A stretch of 13,316 nucleotides of DNA from Trueperaceae bacterium (GTDB lineage Bacteria > Deinococcota > Deinococci > Deinococcales > Trueperaceae). The DNA lies in assembly GCA_040905465.1 (NCBI GenBank), contig JBBDRK010000005.1, positions 1-13,316 of the forward strand, in the 5' to 3' direction. A program made the position numbers and the translations under genes. This document shows positions 6,413 to 13,316 of this stretch, piece by piece; the stretch's first letter is position 1, and each line of letters opens with the position of its first letter. The notes beneath the pieces are model-generated. The model worked only from the letters and a program-made list of their open reading frames with translations. It was not told the origin of the DNA and made no database searches.

Positions 6413-9400
6413 TCAGCGAGCGGCGCTGTCGTCGCAGATCGCTTCGAACGGGCAGGTGCCACATTTCGCTGGTGAAGGGGTTGCGGCAAAGTCTCCGGCG
6501 GCGATATCCGCAAGTACTGCCGAAATCGTTCCAGCGGCTCGCTCGAGATGAGCCGCCGTGAAACGCTGAAGGTGGCCGGCGCCGCCGCCAGAGCCCGCAC
6601 CTTCGCCGAGATAAGCCACGTACGCCAGCGGGCGGGCGAGCGCCCGGGCGTAGATCGCGACCTGCAGGAGGTGCGCGTCGCCCTCCGGCCGGACGCCTGT
6701 CTTGTAGTCGAGTACGAAGTCATCTCCTACCGCGTCGGCGACGCCGTGCAAGAGGAAGCCGTCGACCGAAAGGCTGATCTGTCGCTCGCGCTCCCGGATG
6801 CGGTCGCGCACCGCTTCGAACGCGTCGGAACGGCGGAAGGCGTCGGCGAACGCGAGCGCGCGTGCAACCTGGTCGCCGGCCAGGGTCGGGTCGAACGCGG
6901 CGAGCGCACTTTGGTCGTCAATCTCGCGCTCGAGCGCCTTGTGGGCAAGGACGCCTACCCGCCGGGCGACGCCGCTTCCCTCGCCCGCCCCCGGATGCTG
7001 CTGGATGTGCTCGAAACGGAAGCGCTTCGGACAGACCCGGTAGGTGGAGAGCGAGGTGACCGGCAATTCGGCGAGACCGGGACCGGTGGCGCCGAGGAGT
7101 CGTTCGGAGTCTCCGGCGGCAGCCTCCGGACGTGGGATCTTGGGCACGGCCGCGGCCGGATCGAACGGGATCAGATTCGATTCGACTCCTGCGGCCGCCA
7201 GGCCCTCAGCGAGCGAGGTCAACCGGCCCCCCGATTCCTTGCTGCCGGTCAGGATCACCCTGTCGCGCGCCCGGGTGATCGCCACGTACAGCACCCGCAA
7301 CTCCTCGTCGGCGTCCTTTTGCTTGCGACGTTCGTTGAGCAGCGTATATAGGGCCGGCTCCACCTCCGCACCGCCCTCGTCGCGAAGCTTGAACGCCACC
7401 CCGGCATCGTCGTCGAACACGGCGTCGGCTCCGTGATTCGACCCACCTGCGGTCATGTCCGGCAGGATCACTATCGGCCACTCGAGCCCTTTGGCGTTGT
7501 GGACGCTCATCAGCGAAACGGCGTCGCCGGCTTCCATCCCCGGCCGCGGGACCTTAGCGCCGTCGATCGTTGCGAGCGCCCGCAGGTCGCGCACAGTGGC
7601 GAACACATCGGCGTGCCCCTGCTCCAGCTGACGCACGAACTCGATCACGCCGCGCCAGTCCGCCAACCGGCGGGGACCGCCGGGCAGGTTGGCGATGACC
7701 GCCGAGTAGCCGGTGAGCTCGTCGGCCAGGGCGAGCAGGCGGCTGGGAGGTTCTACCGGCCGGCGATCCAGCAGCGTCGCGAGGCTTGCCGCCGCCAGCT
7801 CCAGGCTGCCGGGCTCGGATGGTGCGCGTCCGGCGTTCGGCCCGGCGCTCGGGCCCGCTCCCAACTCGTTCCGACCGGTGCCCGACGCGTTCACGCTCCG
7901 GTTCACGGTCCGATAGGCGTCGGGCGCGTTCACGCTCCGGTCCGTGTGCCGTCCGCCACCTCGAGGGTCTACGTTTTTCGTCGTGAGCGCCGCCCACCAG
8001 CTCGAGCCGCCGGCGCGCACCTCGCCCGCCAGTTCCAGCAGCGAGCGATCCGCAACCGCGAAGAACGGGCTGCGCAGCACGGCCGCAAGGGCGAGGTCGT
8101 CGCCGGGGTCGGCCAGGAAGCGCAGCAGCGCGACCGCGTCTTTCGCCTCGCGCTGGTCGAGAAGATTACCGCCCCCGGCGTGGATGGTGGGCACGCCGCG
8201 GGCAGCCAGTTCGTCGCCGTAGGGTGCGAGTGCGTTCCAGGTTCGCGTCAGGATGGCAATGTCGCCTGCTCGAGCCGGTCTCAGCCGGTCGGTTCGCTTG
8301 TCGTGCACCGGCGTGCCTTCCGCCAGAATCCGCTCGATCAGCTCGCCCAGCAGATGCGCCTCGGCGCGCTGGCGAAACTGCTTCAGTTCGGATCCCGCGT
8401 CCACCAGGTGGACGCTCAGGAACGGGCCGTTGCCGGGCGCCTCGGTTCGCGCGCCGTCGAGCGTTTGATGCAGGTCGGCGAGCGCCGGAGCAACCACCCG
8501 GTTGATCGGTTCGATCAGAGCCTGGTGGGTGCGGAAGCTCGTGGCCAGGCCGATCACGTCGCCACCGGCCGAGGCGATGGATCGGCGCAGGTCGCGAAAC
8601 ACCGTGAGGTCGGCGCGCCGGAAGCCGTAGATCGACTGTTTCTCGTCGCCGACCACGGTGAGGCGCATCTGCCGGTCGCCGGTCAGTCGCGCCAGCAACT
8701 CGGCCTGTACCGGGTTGGTGTCCTGGAACTCGTCCACCAGGAACGCCTTCCAGCGACGTGCGTAGAATTCCCGTACCTCGGGACGCTCGAGCGCACGGAG
8801 CGCCCGGAGCTCGAGGTCGTTGAAGTCGAGCAGGCGCTCACTGCTCTTGGCCGCGTCCAGGTACTCCCGCACCAGCTCGTAGGCCTCGGCCACATCGGGC
8901 AGCGCCCGGCGCAGCGCCTCGTCACCCGCGCTCAGACAGAGCTCGAAAACGTACTTGCCGGCGCGGTAGCATTCCCGAAGGTGCCCGCAGGCGTCTTTCA
9001 ACTGCGCCAGCGCCTCTTCGCCCCAAACGCTCTTGCTCCCCCGGCCGCGCGTGAGCGTGTCCAGCGCCCGGCAGGCCTCCGGCGCGAACTGACCGGCTTC
9101 CAGCGTGGCGACGGCAGCCACGGCAGCTGAACGCTGCATCTCCATCTTGTCTCCCGCCGAACCGGAGTGCCCTGTCAGGACGGCCAGAGCCGAGCGCCAG
9201 CCGTCCTTGGCCGAGATCCGGCTGAAGACCCGCCGGCGTTCCGACTCGATCAGCTCCGGCCACGCCGCCGGATCGGCCCCGAGTGCCTGTTCGGCGGTAT
9301 AGGGGTCGGCGAGCAGCGCCCGCAGGGTTGCGGACAGCGTGCCGAACTGCACACGGCGGGTCAGCCGCGGCGGCAGGGTGGCGAGCGCAGCCCGGAAGTT

Positions 9401-9778
9401 GCGGTCGAGCCACAGGCGCTGTTGCAGCTCGTCCTGCACGGCGAAGTCGTACGGCACGCCGGCTGCTTCGGGATGCTCTCGGCAGATCCTGCCGGCCAGC
9501 GAGTGAAGCGTGCCGATCTGTGCCGCCTCCAGCTCGGCGGCGAACTGCGACGGTTCGGCAGCGGCGCGCAAGCGGGCACGTATGCGGCCACGCAGCTCCG
9601 CGGCTGCCCGCTCGGTGAAGGTCGCGGCAACTATCTGCAGTGGCCGAAGCCCATCGTTGCTGAGGTGGTGCAGGTAGCGCTCGGTGAGCATGTGCGTCTT
9701 GCCGGTGCCGGCCCCGGCGGTCACCGCCACGCTGCCCACCGAACGGACCGCCCCGGCCTGTTGGGCAGTGAGGCTCAT
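6413..9778 (-). CDS. addA: AddA-like ATP-dependent helicase/nuclease (UvrD/SF1A helicase + C-terminal PD-(D/E)XK nuclease), ~1121 aa
   Basis: Q-motif LTAQQ, Walker A AGAGTGKT (9695-9718), Ia TFTERAAAELRGRI, II VDEFQDTN, III VGDEKQSIYGFR, IV SFRT, V SVHNAKGLE, VI LYVAITRARD. Nuclease GVADAV..VLDYKTG..QVAIYA. Start moved from 9895 to ATG 9778, which overlaps the upstream TGA (ATGA) and puts the Q-motif at the N-terminus. Confidence 0.88.
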   Translation of the reverse strand: MSLTAQQAGAVRSVGSVAVTAGAGTGKTHMLTERYLHHLSNDGLRPLQIVAATFTERAAAELRGRIRARLRAAAEPSQFAAELEAAQIGTLHSLAGRICREHPEAAGVPYDFAVQDELQQRLWLDRNFRAALATLPPRLTRRVQFGTLSATLRALLADPYTAEQALGADPAAWPELIESERRRVFSRISAKDGWRSALAVLTGHSGSAGDKMEMQRSAAVAAVATLEAGQFAPEACRALDTLTRGRGSKSVWGEEALAQLKDACGHLRECYRAGKYVFELCLSAGDEALRRALPDVAEAYELVREYLDAAKSSERLLDFNDLELRALRALERPEVREFYARRWKAFLVDEFQDTNPVQAELLARLTGDRQMRLTVVGDEKQSIYGFRRADLTVFRDLRRSIASAGGDVIGLATSFRTHQALIEPINRVVAPALADLHQTLDGARTEAPGNGPFLSVHLVDAGSELKQFRQRAEAHLLGELIERILAEGTPVHDKRTDRLRPARAGDIAILTRTWNALAPYGDELAARGVPTIHAGGGNLLDQREAKDAVALLRFLADPGDDLALAAVLRSPFFAVADRSLLELAGEVRAGGSSWWAALTTKNVDPRGGGRHTDRSVNAPDAYRTVNRSVNASGTGRNELGAGPSAGPNAGRAPSEPGSLELAAASLATLLDRRPVEPPSRLLALADELTGYSAVIANLPGGPRRLADWRGVIEFVRQLEQGHADVFATVRDLRALATIDGAKVPRPGMEAGDAVSLMSVHNAKGLEWPIVILPDMTAGGSNHGADAVFDDDAGVAFKLRDEGGAEVEPALYTLLNERRKQKDADEELRVLYVAITRARDRVILTGSKESGGRLTSLAEGLAAAGVESNLIPFDPAAAVPKIPRPEAAAGDSERLLGATGPGLAELPVTSLSTYRVCPKRFRFEHIQQHPGAGEGSGVARRVGVLAHKALEREIDDQSALAAFDPTLAGDQVARALAFADAFRRSDAFEAVRDRIRERERQISLSVDGFLLHGVADAVGDDFVLDYKTGVRPEGDAHLLQVAIYARALARPLAYVAYLGEGAGSGGGAGHLQRFTAAHLERAAGTISAVLADIAAGDFAATPSPAKCGTCPFEAICDDSAAR
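7831..7941. repeat. In-frame direct repeats within a low-complexity insertion in the addA-like gene
   Basis: Exact 17-mer CGCGTTCACGCTCCGGT at 7886-7902 and 7925-7941 (39-bp period). 12-mer GTTCACG(C/G)TCCG at 7889, 7901 and 7928. Imperfect 12-mers CGGCGTTCGGCC / CGGCGCTCGGGC at 7831-7854. Encodes RSVNA x2 and AGPS/AGPN. Confidence 0.8.
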
Positions 9779-12549
9779 GTGCGGCTCCGTTTGCGCTCTA
9801 GCCTCGGGCCCCGGCGACACAGAAGATCGAAATCGCAGTAACGGCAGACGTTTTCCTGTACGTCCGGATCCACCGGATACGCTCCCTCGCGCCATGCCGC
9901 CAGCGCCCGATCGGCAATTCCCGCGAGCTCCGCCTCCTCTGCATCCGCCACCTTCAACTCCTTGGCCTTGGTCACCGAGTAGTAGCGGGTTCTCGTGACG
10001 TCCTCGCCAGGGGCGAGGCGAGGGGCGGCCTCGCGGTAGACGGGCAGTTGCACGTCCACCTTGGCGCGACCCTGGGAATCCTTGACGAGGTTGGAAATGG
10101 TCGAGCCGCTCTTGTAGTCGACCAGAGTAAGTCCGTCGGGGCCGGAATCGATTCGGTCGACCCTGCCGCGCACCGCAATTCCCCGCCAGTCGGCGTCGAA
10201 CTCGGTTTCGAGTGTCCTCACCTGCGCGCCCTCGGCGATGAAGGCTTCGCCGGCGATGGCTTGGCGTAGCGTGAGCAGGTGCTGATCGCGCTCCAGCTGC
10301 CAGCTCGGCAGCACCGCCGCCAGCTCTAACTCTTCCTCGGCTGCCTGAAAGCTGGCTTCCAGCGCAGCGAGCGCCGCCGTTCGCGGGTCCTCGCTGTCAC
10401 GCGAGGCCTCCATTGCCAGGTGCAGCGAGTGGTGGTAGAGCCGGCCCCGCAGGGACGATTCGAGCTCGGTGGCGGCCTCCTCCGGCTCCGCCAGGCGTAG
10501 CAGGCTGCCCGCGAAGAACTTGAAGGGGCAACTGGCCAGGTCGATGAGCCTGGAAACTCCGATGCCCCCCTTAGGAGGCTGAAAGGTCGCCGCCACAAGC
10601 CCGTCGTGACCGTCCGGCGGCTCGGCGCCCTCGCGCGCCGTCTCCACCCCGTGGGCGAACCGGGCGTGCTCGAGCACCGTGTCGGTGGGTTCGACATAGT
10701 TGCCGGCAAGCTGGGAGCGGCGCAGCTCGGGCAAACTGCAGACCGGGGCGGTCGGCGGTGTCTGCGGCTCCACCCCAAGCCGAGCCAGAAACGGGCTGGC
10801 CAGCGTCTCCGAGCGGCCGACCAACTTGGGGTAGGAGATGGTGAGCCGTTCGCCGGCGCTCTGAAGCATCGCCCAGAACGACAGCTCCTCACGCCGCGCG
10901 GTCGCGGCGACCGTCTCCACCGAATAGCCTGAATCGTTGAGGTCCTCTCGTTCGAACGGGTCCAGCAGTGGGTCGGGACGAACCGGGCTGGGCAGGCTAC
11001 CCTCGGTGGCCCCGACGACGAACAGGTGGTCCACCCGTGCCCCGAACAGCGACAGCGGGGAATGCAGCTCGACACCGCCGCGCCCTGGCGCGATCGGGAC
11101 CGAGAGCACTCCCAGCAGTTCGCCGATCTCCGCATTGAAGGCGTCGGCGTCCACCTCGTGCTCGGGATCGGGCAGCGCCCGCAGCTCTTCCACGAAGGTC
11201 TGGAACGCAATCGCCTCACGTGCCCAACGGACCGCGTTTCTCCTGACCGCCAGGCGCTCGAGCATACGCAGCAGCTGTCGCGTGAACTCTGCACGCGCGG
11301 CTCGTGCCTGCCACGACACGGCAAGCGCCGGAACCCGTCGCGCCCATGCCTCGGCCCCGGCGATCCGGTTCGCTCGTGCTTCTTGCCAGACGCCGGCGTC
11401 GAGAGCGTCTACCAGTGGATGGGCCAACAAGCGAGCAGTCGCCTCGAACTCGAAGTCGCCGCCCAGCACCTCCGTCAGTTCGGCCAGCCAGGCACCGAAG
11501 CGCGTTTGCGAGAGCGGAACCTGGTACAGGGCGCGCAACGGCAGGCTGTACTCTTCGGCGACCGCCAGCAGAGCAGGGCCGTAAGCCTGCTCGTTACGGG
11601 CGACGATGGCGATACGCGTGGCCGGAACCCCCTCGCCGAGCAGGCGCTTGACCGCAGCCAGGGTTCCCCGCACCTCGAACTCCAGGTCCGGAAACGCGAG
11701 AGCCAGCAGTTGGCCGGCCGGTGACTGTTCCGATGTACGTGCCGCCGATGTCTGTGGCGCAGAGGTCTGTGCCGCTGATGTCTGTGCCGCCGACTGCGTT
11801 CTTGTCTCCGCCGACGACCCCGCCGGTGTCTGGGCCGATGTCTGCACCGCCGATGTCTGCGCCGAGGCCTCCGGCGGATGCGACTCCTCGAGCCACTGCC
11901 CCGCCAACCGAATGCCCAGGTCCGCCGCCACGGGCACGGGACCCTCGACGTTCCAGCCTCGCGCCCGAAACTCTTCCAGCGCTTTTCGGTTCTCCTCGAA
12001 CAGCGGGCCGCCTCCCACAGGGAGGTGAACGATACTGCCGGGCGCGGCCAGCGCGAACAGAAACTCTCGTTCGGCGGCCGGCAATCGCGGGAAGCCGCTC
12101 AGGCACAGCAGAACCTGTCTCTCGAGGCAGCCGGAGGCGCGCCACAACAGTTCCGACGAGTCGACCAGGCCCCGCTTGCGCAACTCCGCGAGATAGGTCG
12201 TGCCGATTCGCGCCAGGCGCTCAATACGCGGTTGCGGACTGCCCTGCAGTTCCTCCGGGGCCACGCCGGCGCGCAACAGCTCGCGCAGCGTGCCCTCGAC
12301 CACCCGGGCCAATCCCGCCGCATCGTGCCCTCCGGCCACCGCGGCGGTTGCCCGCGCCAGCAGGCGACGAGCAACCAGTTCAGGGGCGATGTGCAGCCCG
12401 GCATCTTCTACCGCCCGCGCGGCCAGAGCTTCGAGCGACCGGTAAGACACTCCCAGTGACCGCGCCGCCTGTCGGTTCGGCAGGATAGGCAGAACTCTCT
12501 CATCGCCCGCCGCGCGAACCAGGTGAGGGGAGGCGATGAGCCGCCTCAT
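9775..12549 (-). CDS. addB: AddB-like subunit: degenerate helicase scaffold + C-terminal PD-(D/E)XK nuclease with 4-Cys Fe-S signature, ~924 aa
   Basis: C-terminal SRLIDLASCPFKFF...RGRLYH...VRGRVDRID..LTLVDYKSG..DVQLPVY...CRYCDFDLLCR. Helicase-like remnants IAIVARNEQAY, LFVVGATEGSLP and ERLTISYP. Translationally coupled to addA. Start ATG 12549 (MRRLIASPHL) is preferred because the 12777 extension runs antisense into the integrase remnant. The exact start is uncertain (no strong RBS). Confidence 0.82.
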   Translation of the reverse strand: MRRLIASPHLVRAAGDERVLPILPNRQAARSLGVSYRSLEALAARAVEDAGLHIAPELVARRLLARATAAVAGGHDAAGLARVVEGTLRELLRAGVAPEELQGSPQPRIERLARIGTTYLAELRKRGLVDSSELLWRASGCLERQVLLCLSGFPRLPAAEREFLFALAAPGSIVHLPVGGGPLFEENRKALEEFRARGWNVEGPVPVAADLGIRLAGQWLEESHPPEASAQTSAVQTSAQTPAGSSAETRTQSAAQTSAAQTSAPQTSAARTSEQSPAGQLLALAFPDLEFEVRGTLAAVKRLLGEGVPATRIAIVARNEQAYGPALLAVAEEYSLPLRALYQVPLSQTRFGAWLAELTEVLGGDFEFEATARLLAHPLVDALDAGVWQEARANRIAGAEAWARRVPALAVSWQARAARAEFTRQLLRMLERLAVRRNAVRWAREAIAFQTFVEELRALPDPEHEVDADAFNAEIGELLGVLSVPIAPGRGGVELHSPLSLFGARVDHLFVVGATEGSLPSPVRPDPLLDPFEREDLNDSGYSVETVAATARREELSFWAMLQSAGERLTISYPKLVGRSETLASPFLARLGVEPQTPPTAPVCSLPELRRSQLAGNYVEPTDTVLEHARFAHGVETAREGAEPPDGHDGLVAATFQPPKGGIGVSRLIDLASCPFKFFAGSLLRLAEPEEAATELESSLRGRLYHHSLHLAMEASRDSEDPRTAALAALEASFQAAEEELELAAVLPSWQLERDQHLLTLRQAIAGEAFIAEGAQVRTLETEFDADWRGIAVRGRVDRIDSGPDGLTLVDYKSGSTISNLVKDSQGRAKVDVQLPVYREAAPRLAPGEDVTRTRYYSVTKAKELKVADAEEAELAGIADRALAAWREGAYPVDPDVQENVCRYCDFDLLCRRGPRLERKRSRT
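11731..11865. repeat. 15-bp in-frame tandem repeat (minisatellite) inside the addB-like gene, encoding (S-A-A-Q-T)n
   Basis: Four adjacent units CGATGTACGTGCCGC, CGATGTCTGTGGCGC, AGAGGTCTGTGCCGC, TGATGTCTGTGCCGC (11731-11790). A degenerate spacer follows, then CGGTGTCTGGGC (11824-11835), CGATGTCTGCACCGC (11836-11850) and CGATGTCTGCGCCGA (11851-11865). Confidence 0.9.
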
Positions 12550-12681
12550 GCCCACCGTTGCGCCGCACGACAGAAGCGGTGCGGCCGGTCGAAGCGCGCG
12601 CCACTGGGCCGCATGGATCGACAAAGCCGCTCGAGTGTTGTGGTGCGCGTGGGAGAATCGGCCTGCATCGGGATCACATAG

Positions 12682-12942
12682 CGTACCACCGAGCTGCCGA
12701 ATTCGTCGCCAAAGACCGAGAACTCGATTCGCCGGGGTCCTCTGGCTCCTGACGTGCTCGCCGTGCTGGAAGAGCACAGGAAGCGGCAGGAGGCCGAGCT
12801 GGAGTACCTGGGGGAGAGCTATCAGGACAAGGGCTTGGTGTTCTCAACGAGCATCGGCACGGAGCACCCCCGAAACCTGTTGCGTGACTTCTACCGACTA
12901 CAGGAGTTGACTGTGACCGCGGGGGATTGGACGCGAGCATAG
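12682..12942 (+). pseudogene. Internal fragment of a phage/ICE-type tyrosine integrase
   Basis: After an in-frame TAG (12679-12681) the frame reads SSPKTENSIRRGPLAPDVLAVLEEHRKRQEAELEYLGESYQDKGLVFSTSIGTEHPRNLLRDFYRLQE. This matches the PKT..S.R..PL....L..H...Q....G..Y.D.GLVF....GT...PRN..R.F segment of tyrosine integrases. Box I Arg, HxxR and the catalytic Tyr are absent. Confidence 0.8.
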
Positions 12943-12983
12943 GTAAAGCGCTGCAACCCACTTAGCAACAGCTTTGCCAACGC

Positions 12984-13316
12984 TCAATTGCTGTTAGCAG
13001 CCTGTTTATAGGTGAGCACCATAACGCCAGTTCCGAATTGCTCTGACCCAATCAGTTCCAAATCGACTCGCTCCTTGAATAGCGGCTTGCCGCTTCCCAG
13101 CACGACCGGATGAACCATGAGCCGGTACTCGTCGATCAAGCCCAGTCTCGTTAGTTGCTGCACGATGCTGATACTGCCGTCTAATCGAATGCCTCTTTCT
13201 GACTCTGCCTTCAGCTTCTGTATTTCGTCAGGCACAATGTCCCTCAAAATTGTCGTTCCTTCCCAGTCAGCTTTCTCGAGCGACTTCGAAAAGACGACCT
13301 TCTTCATGGCGTTGAA
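12984..13316 (-). CDS. Dihydrofolate reductase / RibD C-terminal domain family protein (5'-truncated by the window end)
   Basis: Frame is open to the window edge (FNAMKKVVFSKSL). Family motifs KVVFSKSL..ADW..T.I, EIQKLK, DGSISIVQQL...GLIDEYRLMVHPVVLGSGKPLF and GVMVLTY. TGA at 12984-12986. Confidence 0.88.
   Translation of the reverse strand, partial: FNAMKKVVFSKSLEKADWEGTTILRDIVPDEIQKLKAESERGIRLDGSISIVQQLTRLGLIDEYRLMVHPVVLGSGKPLFKERVDLELIGSEQFGTGVMVLTYKQAANSN

Noticed and set aside
6575..6607. Gly-rich GEGAGSGGGAG stretch in the AddA nuclease domain as a nucleotide-binding loop
   Set aside because: It lacks the GK[S/T] of a P-loop and is most simply a short flexible loop.
7433..9130. 565-aa + strand ORF and the many other 60-330 aa overlapping ORFs
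   Set aside because: These are antisense or frame-shifted shadows of GC-rich genes with no recognisable motifs. Stop codons are scarce at ~70% GC.
9779..9895. 39-aa N-terminal extension of the AddA-like ORF (1160-aa call)
   Set aside because: It overlaps the Cys-rich addB C-terminus. The ATGA overlap at 9775-9778 and the Q-motif position support 9778.
11731..11865. Repeats considered as a mini CRISPR array, with the Cas4-like Fe-S nuclease domains as cas genes
   Set aside because: Units are 15 bp, adjacent, without spacers and in-frame within a CDS. The nuclease domains are fused to helicase-like scaffolds and no cas1/cas2 is present.
12550..12777. 76-aa N-terminal extension of the AddB-like ORF (1000-aa call)
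   Set aside because: It does not resemble a protein domain, and its first third is antisense to the integrase remnant. ATG 12549 is more plausible.
12940..13000. Possible integron attC site after the DHFR-like gene (minus strand GCTAACAGCAATTGAGC...; AACAGC/GCTGTT hairpin at 12967-12995)
   Set aside because: The R''-like box does not fit RYYYAAC and no properly placed GTTRRRY partner was found. The integrase fragment looks phage/ICE-type rather than IntI. An attC covariance-model search would settle it.
1..13316. Assigning the host taxon (an impression of a Deinococcota/Trueperaceae-like organism from GC content and signal-peptide style)
   Set aside because: No marker gene lies in the window, so this cannot be supported without a search. 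It would matter because Deinococcus radiodurans lacks RecBC/AddAB.

Overview
GC-rich (~70% by spot counts) bacterial window with seven recognisable coding regions plus a decayed integrase fragment. + strand: a 5'-truncated beta-propeller + VWA (intact MIDAS) protein (<1..1584) and a signal-peptide-bearing hypothetical protein (1687..3204). - strand: a tightly spaced four-gene run made of an AddB-like PD-(D/E)XK nuclease (12549->9775), an AddA-like UvrD helicase-nuclease (9778->6413, ATGA-coupled to addB), an exported thioredoxin(CINC)-NHL-DsbD-N-like protein of NHLRC2/SOQ1 architecture (6383->4293) and an exported Vgb-family propeller (4260->3292). Upstream of addB lie a short internal fragment of a tyrosine integrase (12682..12942, +) and a low-GC (~48%) DHFR/RibD-C family gene cut by the window end. 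The most notable observations are that both AddAB-like subunits carry a complete 4-Cys Fe-S-type nuclease signature, that both carry in-frame tandem-repeat insertions, and that the pair is linked to exported redox/propeller proteins beside a mobile-element scar. I found no RNA genes or CRISPR arrays. All product calls come from motif recognition by eye, not database searches.
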